Source: Candidatus Buchananbacteria bacterium (lineage in GTDB: Bacteria > Patescibacteriota > Patescibacteriia > 2-01-FULL-39-33). Taken from it: a stretch of 64,000 nt of DNA. The position numbers and the translations under genes are program-made. Below are positions 61,701-64,000 of the stretch, one piece after another. Within the stretch, counting starts at the first letter, position 1, and each line of letters opens with the position of its first letter. Under the pieces are notes generated by a model, which worked only from the letters and a program-made list of their open reading frames with translations, did not search any database and had not been told where the DNA came from. Location of the stretch: assembly GCA_030650095.1 (NCBI GenBank), contig JAUSEE010000001.1, positions 8,199 through 72,198 on the forward strand, in the 5' to 3' direction.

Positions 61701-61790
61701 AGGAGATAGAGCCCTAACAAATCCAATTGATGCCAAAAACAAAAATAGCGGAACAAGCAAAAATAAAAATTTTATCCTAAGACTCTTCAT
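52737..61790 (-). CDS. Giant secreted Cys-rich protein (3017 aa) with multiple CBM4/9-like carbohydrate-binding modules
   Basis: Signal peptide. At least five modules start with (S/N)GNFE/SFEDY...W and end in beta-sandwich-like segments. More than 100 Cys. Confidence 0.6.
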   Translation of the reverse strand: MKSLRIKFLFLLVPLFLFLASIGFVRALSPSTMGTLALTAAEATAGSGAAIESAIACNGKALAEALAIECIPVPITGTANGVTFDCSQAMKTAVQSAINASQCQNVVVTENNQIHIAADSLREVEKQTWRDVLAGAWKSMLSAFSKQLAYDTASWIASGGKGQKPLFITEGIGAYLKNTADNAAGTFIDEIDKEFGVNLCRPNFNVELMIKTSLRGDRIKKPTCNFTGMVKNWRSAITDANFNVEYSNYLNASENDIGIYLKTSSSLMDKVKEKTGVSALEASINQGFKDLKTLTGWVLTPGTMVKNQHEVAQERAGKEDSTFTGTVWDFIQTFLDTLVGQLLENLKTGYFKSGSSDGNKGFNLPNLSRFASLLNPESSPYVEGSIGAKERFLNLIESNLAIGGPYDILNKLTNCTEANKINPGPTDCVIDPILSQAIREKKLVKDLPASILNRQFVPPIDNVNPQESFSLRNIVILRKYRIVPVGWEIAARYISQSKQEQQNYTLGDLLKEFNHASSTFQNLIDPQWVLKAPELFCRREGYGDQNTRASSQDGSVVRNQYCADEQQCLTEDSDGNCTAYGYCTEERKIWNLNSTNCQPRFNTCQTFQSKNGTTGSYLANTLDYSDCSSQSAGCRWYSTLYNIKDNTWLNSESEKTLKTCNTLVGCTVSGLEVEQWKQTAYSANAGIVMDKVCATDGGCDFSGESCTVPFDGVRCSLDKCLNSIDILTPFNNSFELIGNASWDARFWQESYQNDTNRQFRSDISKRTGSYSLESVSFNNTTPLSTTLSVNSGVEANKNYKLSFYLRGNISLGSFDVKVFSSSLEVGSQTIGLLSDNWQEYSVNFSTQNIQAGDSIEIRVITNAGTTGTVFFDDFSLKEALGSCTTGDVWLNIGSQDNTDSEIYFDRDAQACSSSAVGCSQFIRVKSDLGSNLIVDGSFEDYYSDLNHWIGEPGASGNHGSCEIFVVNSGADGDKSIGLRSDFDSNSQHCAYFSATASLSPLTLINGNKYILSARVYIQKIGSYFVSLNDDASITTEPNTFAEADLYKWTTVSTSFVWNSPDEVVSPRLFINQGSSGLKEAYFDAVKLEAVSAGINIPTSYTSYNPSQRPASQLTYLKKAPDYYDCYLTSAGNWPTNLTELQQVIFGRNPACANYSSVCIKSEMNCELYTPVNGDPAVPGTITSADVCPSECAGYQVYKQEPTSFVSAKYKQFIAKDPIQYCSAAAAGCDEFTNLDEVARGGEGLEYYTQFRTCQKPDAYGDEVTYYTWEGSDTTGYQLKVFTLKGSNDTSGVGTPPCTNLSYPNNLNGDNVCGDPVPSDDPNTNDAACLSSDLNSNPDCREFYDVSGNIHYRLLSRVIYVSSDCHPYRRTQTQNDEAEAAQDCRNNQGYYNQFGECIYMAIPGQGQTCSANLKGCREYTGNKGSSFRNIFLSDFESGAMDWQGGTIASEATHPGGNSLTNSLNSSRQFSKTVLIKKDKSYAISFWAKGNAGFDLDSIRFSQAPPEGSFIVGHPDVVTAGDLPIPITNEWNRYDLGPVQVSWGSGTGYFEQNIEINIPSGQVIYIDNILLKELPQSVYAIENSWFTPFVCDNIISQPYGAGDALNPERSNPGKMIGCQEYRDRSNKNWFLKSFENLCRRDAVGCEQLIDTYNSDSYYGATYNSGDPSQVTVPSDNFVYIVNDSKYNCKSEDKGCLAYGLPKINNQDEVVGYADSYLKNQPDRYATDLCQASALWCQEFVGSRNVSYFKDPRDRVCEYRTDLGQAQAQWYKKGTTEPCDVTYLQTIGTGSPENKVQPVGWFNSYRMPSEDAWPTPGGTTASYQNWVGLCPAEQSSCTEYIDPITEVYKNEILNVDLSQDADGNDIPDHWDGNGTGLSQNINLLSHTLYSFSVDESATTKAKIEIASSTPCTGLMVSPDDSMNITGGNIGSPKSASGRFYIIYNSHTTCLVKLVIPAPQAVNNLRLVQSGVYYALSAKVDYTGCNGLIDYNSGCVLFNDRGSINYSAKSVSDRNVNYLTFDAGASYKEQMDKPNQDPTTPISATPPAKGDANVILKVQPDRTCYNWLYCTTYEKDDPNSVDPIYGNNDRCLDLGLCASVDEKGVCNNFILKSGEITDENYSEKDFYKTGYASVGKNFPGGINVAGYFPYYLMTQFGNAGSITNGNFESVVTNSTEPLGWSPSESTGDDSESYKSEAVGWHDYKFSVAKDTKSSPDGSRHLILNSFYEALSEEIDVFGGDPYILSGWINSSGLNYPDGNEVIQSQIQYREHTEGGSWGDWKYPTELSLVSGLSWTKRMFEFNPSLNTDKIRIKLKNHVNIGGCNDNNQLTECALGGTALFDDISLKPILKVSNDLSTPNDLTDNYLTRSCRIYPAEDALSCRYLEGNNLFYGSYGYCLLVDPNNSKQCLQWWPVDQLQGEILNEVGGYNDRLPLDYCVEKKRFNVDFSKSGVALSLSSDAQEVVSGFSDINTGQQMNFSPMNIKDDYRSLFRFPYVDRIKLKVTGFGFQHDVGFVVMIPVNKTLTYDTDKREWKGWAAIPFCVGLGGEGGFLICLPIPIPYEIATGNIGGIIEQLTQLLQSQGDLGVYFGPLMGLKIIDDTQAGGITGGATDPIPDLDGDILGASWFVRSTAEADAVYIRMTIKGDFDINYCDSLVRVVTSSGTNKAYANRVTPGSGFINNDAEARNKAEGETTGKYYYYDPFDFNKFLDNIDFTYNGSDAAEVPGSGVFIEFLQGLLGQLGGWFGGGSGGDVSALDASTYQSSDYQPFGAIVSPSGSPNPVNWSSRAGIFNTPLLYEPPRLGGFAPPYQARMGEIHSQDGLQQLFAQSYGAWKWRWNKCEGDNRAANGDCLDGPVADRGGVYKEDPSREDYLSIPSGECNGGATGDKREESSVQPCYVKPKVTSKIINNSIDPTIYNGVGLAKLAFTTLIDPDQLPLTAYVIDWKDGEKSKVSGVSLRNRTNPENPFLLYHLYDFNKVSSIPDTDCNNDSCTVEVEITVYDNWNKSNDPVTVSLTINKNQ

Positions 61791-61796
61791 AAAAAA

Positions 61797-62612
61797 TTAA
61801 TTGCTCTCGGCGTTAAGCTTGGTTAAAAACATGGTTTTTAGTTCTTCATCGCTAACCTGTGATAAAATCTCGGCCGATGCGCCCTGCTCTATCATCAGTT
61901 GCCTGATTTGAGCGCCGGTTAGATTTTTTAAATCATCAATTGAATTCAAGCCGCTCGAATTAACATTAGTGGAATCAGCCGGATTCTGGCCGGCCAAAGC
62001 TTGCTGATAAGTGGTTAAAAGTTGATCATCAGTTATCTTGTCCAGCTGATCTTGGGGAAAACCGTTTTGTAAAAGCAGCGCCCGAAGAGCTTGCGGATCA
62101 GACCCGCTTAGTAACAACGTTTGCCCACTTCCTGAATTTAAGTTCTGGTTCAAATAAACAGCCTCGGTTCTAAAACAGTTATCACCAGTAGAGCAATTAG
62201 GATCGTGGCCAGCAGTAATCTCCTCTTTATCGGAAACGCCGTCACTGTCGCTGTCAGCCAAATAGGGGCTGGTGCCATAAACACTTAGCTCATCATAATC
62301 GGATAAGCCGTCGCCGTCGGTGTCTTTTTGCTGCTGGGCTAAGATAGCTAAAGCATCACTAGAAGAACTGGTATCTTGGCCAGCCAGAAGCATTAAATCG
62401 GTTACCGGCTTTCTTAGCGAGCTGGAAAATTGAGTTATGCCTAAAATAACAGCAAAAAAAGACACAACCAAAACCAAAGCCACAACTGCTTTTTCTTTGG
62501 CGGATCTTTTGTCAACAGATATACTGCCCTCTTCTTGCAAAAAAACATCTTGATTTTCATCCTGCAGATACTCTGCCGACTGATTGTTGTTAAACTGATT
62601 TTCACCTTCCAT
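61797..62612 (-). CDS. Membrane-anchored protein with thrombospondin type-3-like Ca-binding repeats
   Basis: Transmembrane helix; DTDGDGLSDYDE and DSDSDGVSDKEE repeats. Sits 7 nt upstream of the giant gene. Confidence 0.55.
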   Translation of the reverse strand: MEGENQFNNNQSAEYLQDENQDVFLQEEGSISVDKRSAKEKAVVALVLVVSFFAVILGITQFSSSLRKPVTDLMLLAGQDTSSSSDALAILAQQQKDTDGDGLSDYDELSVYGTSPYLADSDSDGVSDKEEITAGHDPNCSTGDNCFRTEAVYLNQNLNSGSGQTLLLSGSDPQALRALLLQNGFPQDQLDKITDDQLLTTYQQALAGQNPADSTNVNSSGLNSIDDLKNLTGAQIRQLMIEQGASAEILSQVSDEELKTMFLTKLNAESN

Positions 62613-62788
62613 TAAGTGTGGATAAAACAGTTAAGTACAAATTAATTATAACATAAAAAGACGTTTGCAACAAAATAATAAAGCTGGCGTTTTGCCAGCA
62701 GTATTAGAAAAGTGATTTTAAACTAAATAAAGTTAAGTTAAATTGTTTATTTGAATATTATCAGTATTAAAAAAGTCAGAAAAATATT

Positions 62789-63625
62789 TTATTTTTGTGT
62801 TTTTGTGATTTCGAGTTTTTGTAATAATTTCACCCAATCTTCCATAGCCAGATCCTGGGCCCTGATCTTTTCTGTTAGACCCATATCTTTTAAGAAGCCT
62901 TTTATTTGATCATTTCCTAGGTGCAAGCCATTGGCCAAATTGTTATGAAGCTGTTTCCTTTTGGCCGAAAAGCCTATCTTGGCCACTTTAAAGAATGCTT
63001 TAGGATCAGAAAAAGGCAGAGAACTTTTTAATTTTAAGCTAATAACAGCCGAATCAACCTGGGGCGATGGCCAAAAAGAATTACGGCTCACCTCAAAGAG
63101 AATTTTAGGCTCGGCATAAAACTGAACCGACAAAGACAGCAAACTCATCTCCCCTTTCTTAGCTACAATCCTTTGAGCCACTTCCTTTTGGATCATGATA
63201 ATCATCTCGATTGGCGGATTTTCTGTTTCCAAAAAATTCCTAATGAAATTAGAAGTGATATTATAAGGTAGATTAGCCACTATTTTATAAGGTCTTTTTA
63301 AGTCCAGCGTCGAGATGTTAAGCTTTAAAATATCGCCTTCAATTATTTTTAAATTAGGCGCTGAAGCGTATTTTTTCCGTAAAAAATAAATTAATTTTTT
63401 ATCTAATTCTACTGCTGTCACCTGGCCCGATTGTTTAATCAAATCATCGGTTAAAACTCCCAAGCCGGGGCCTATTTCCAAAACCACATCTTTTGGGCCT
63501 AATTTGGCTGATTGGATTATCTTTTCCATCACATTCTGATCAAATAAAAAATTCTGCCCCTTGCTTTTAGTCGGGGTGATGTTATATTCTTGGCAAATAG
63601 CTTTAATTTCAGAGATTGTGAGCAT
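62789..63625 (-). CDS. rsmA: 16S rRNA (adenine1518/1519-N6)-dimethyltransferase
   Basis: KSKGQNFLFD and VLEIGPGLGVLT SAM-binding motifs. Confidence 0.9.
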   Translation of the reverse strand: MLTISEIKAICQEYNITPTKSKGQNFLFDQNVMEKIIQSAKLGPKDVVLEIGPGLGVLTDDLIKQSGQVTAVELDKKLIYFLRKKYASAPNLKIIEGDILKLNISTLDLKRPYKIVANLPYNITSNFIRNFLETENPPIEMIIMIQKEVAQRIVAKKGEMSLLSLSVQFYAEPKILFEVSRNSFWPSPQVDSAVISLKLKSSLPFSDPKAFFKVAKIGFSAKRKQLHNNLANGLHLGNDQIKGFLKDMGLTEKIRAQDLAMEDWVKLLQKLEITKTQK

Positions 63626-63649
63626 ATATAAAAATTTTCAATTTATCAT

Positions 63650-64000
63650 TTAAAATAAAAGATAAAGTAAAGACATAGCTGCCGCCAAAATAAACACCGC
63701 ATTCCAGCCGGGAGTAAAAAATTGTAAGAGAATTATAGCTAAAACAATAGCTATAATCTTGCCCAAAACCAAAGACATTTCAAAAAATAATATGGTTTTG
63801 GTAATGGAAGTGTCTTGGGCATTCTTGTAGGTGATAGCGGTCATCGGAATAGCCACCAACTGTTTGGATATTCTGGAATACGAATCAACTAAGAAAACCC
63901 CTAAGATGCTTCTGGTGACCAGCCGGAGCAGCCAACTGAAAAAATACAAAACAACGCCGAATTTTAAAAGCCACTTGCCATCGCCTTTATCGGTTACCCG
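63650..64000 (-). CDS. Hypothetical polytopic membrane protein, partial. The reading frame stays open to the right edge, and the track's TTG start at 63949 is probably internal.
   Basis: No stop in frame between 63949 and 64000; hydrophobic segments. Confidence 0.4.
   Translation of the reverse strand, partial: RVTDKGDGKWLLKFGVVLYFFSWLLRLVTRSILGVFLVDSYSRISKQLVAIPMTAITYKNAQDTSITKTILFFEMSLVLGKIIAIVLAIILLQFFTPGWNAVFILAAAMSLLYLLF

Overview
This is an AT-rich, densely packed, mostly minus-strand window that reads like a CPR/Patescibacteria-type (monoderm) bacterial genome; that placement is inference from gene content. From left to right it contains the following.

(i) An integrative-element remnant at the window start. 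It consists of an XRE regulator and a 503-aa large serine recombinase whose 3' end abuts a minus-strand tRNA-Ser(GGA). The recombinase is flanked by an 87-bp perfect inverted repeat.

(ii) Two tandem zinc-ribbon miniprotein genes that the ORF track missed.

(iii) Housekeeping genes: a membrane thioredoxin, gatA, gatC and ligA.

(iv) A complete type IV pilus locus without a secretin: a PilX-like gene, three minor pilins, pilD, pilA with its own terminator, pilC, a PilT-like gene with Walker A Lys->Arg, a CheY-like receiver, pilB, a PilP-like gene, pilO, pilN and pilM. Upstream of it sit three large secreted repeat proteins, one of 1258 aa with near-identical tandem repeats.

(v) lemA, htpX and a clpC-like gene.

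(vi) Two roughly 0.4-0.7 kb intergenic repeat regions built from GC-richer palindromic hairpin modules (gtcattgcgagg...gaagcaatc). They bracket a 6.6-kb segment carrying a membrane protein, a TolB-like beta-propeller protein, a DsbA-like protein, two tandem paralogs with a TrbC/VirB2-like pilin module (one fused to an M15 peptidase domain), radA and mpg.

(vii) recG, followed by a tRNA cluster: one tRNA with a GCG anticodon, tRNA-Ser(TGA) and tRNA-Ser(GCT). The cluster also holds two copies of a 152-bp structured element, each fused to a displaced tRNA-Ser 3'-end fragment. I read these as integration scars.

(viii) comF, followed by a type IV secretion-like cluster: a VirB4 ATPase, a PrgI/VirB3-like gene, a VirB6-like polytopic protein and accessory ORFs.

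(ix) Immediately upstream of that cluster, an operon encoding a TSP3 calcium-binding membrane protein and a 3017-aa cysteine-rich secreted protein with several CBM4/9-like modules.

(x) rsmA/ksgA and a partial membrane-protein gene at the right edge.

No CRISPR array and no rRNA genes are present. The most novel-looking content is the T4SS-like cluster with the giant protein, the self-flanked serine recombinase at tRNA-Ser, the tRNA-Ser-associated 152-bp element, and the TrbC-like tandem pair.
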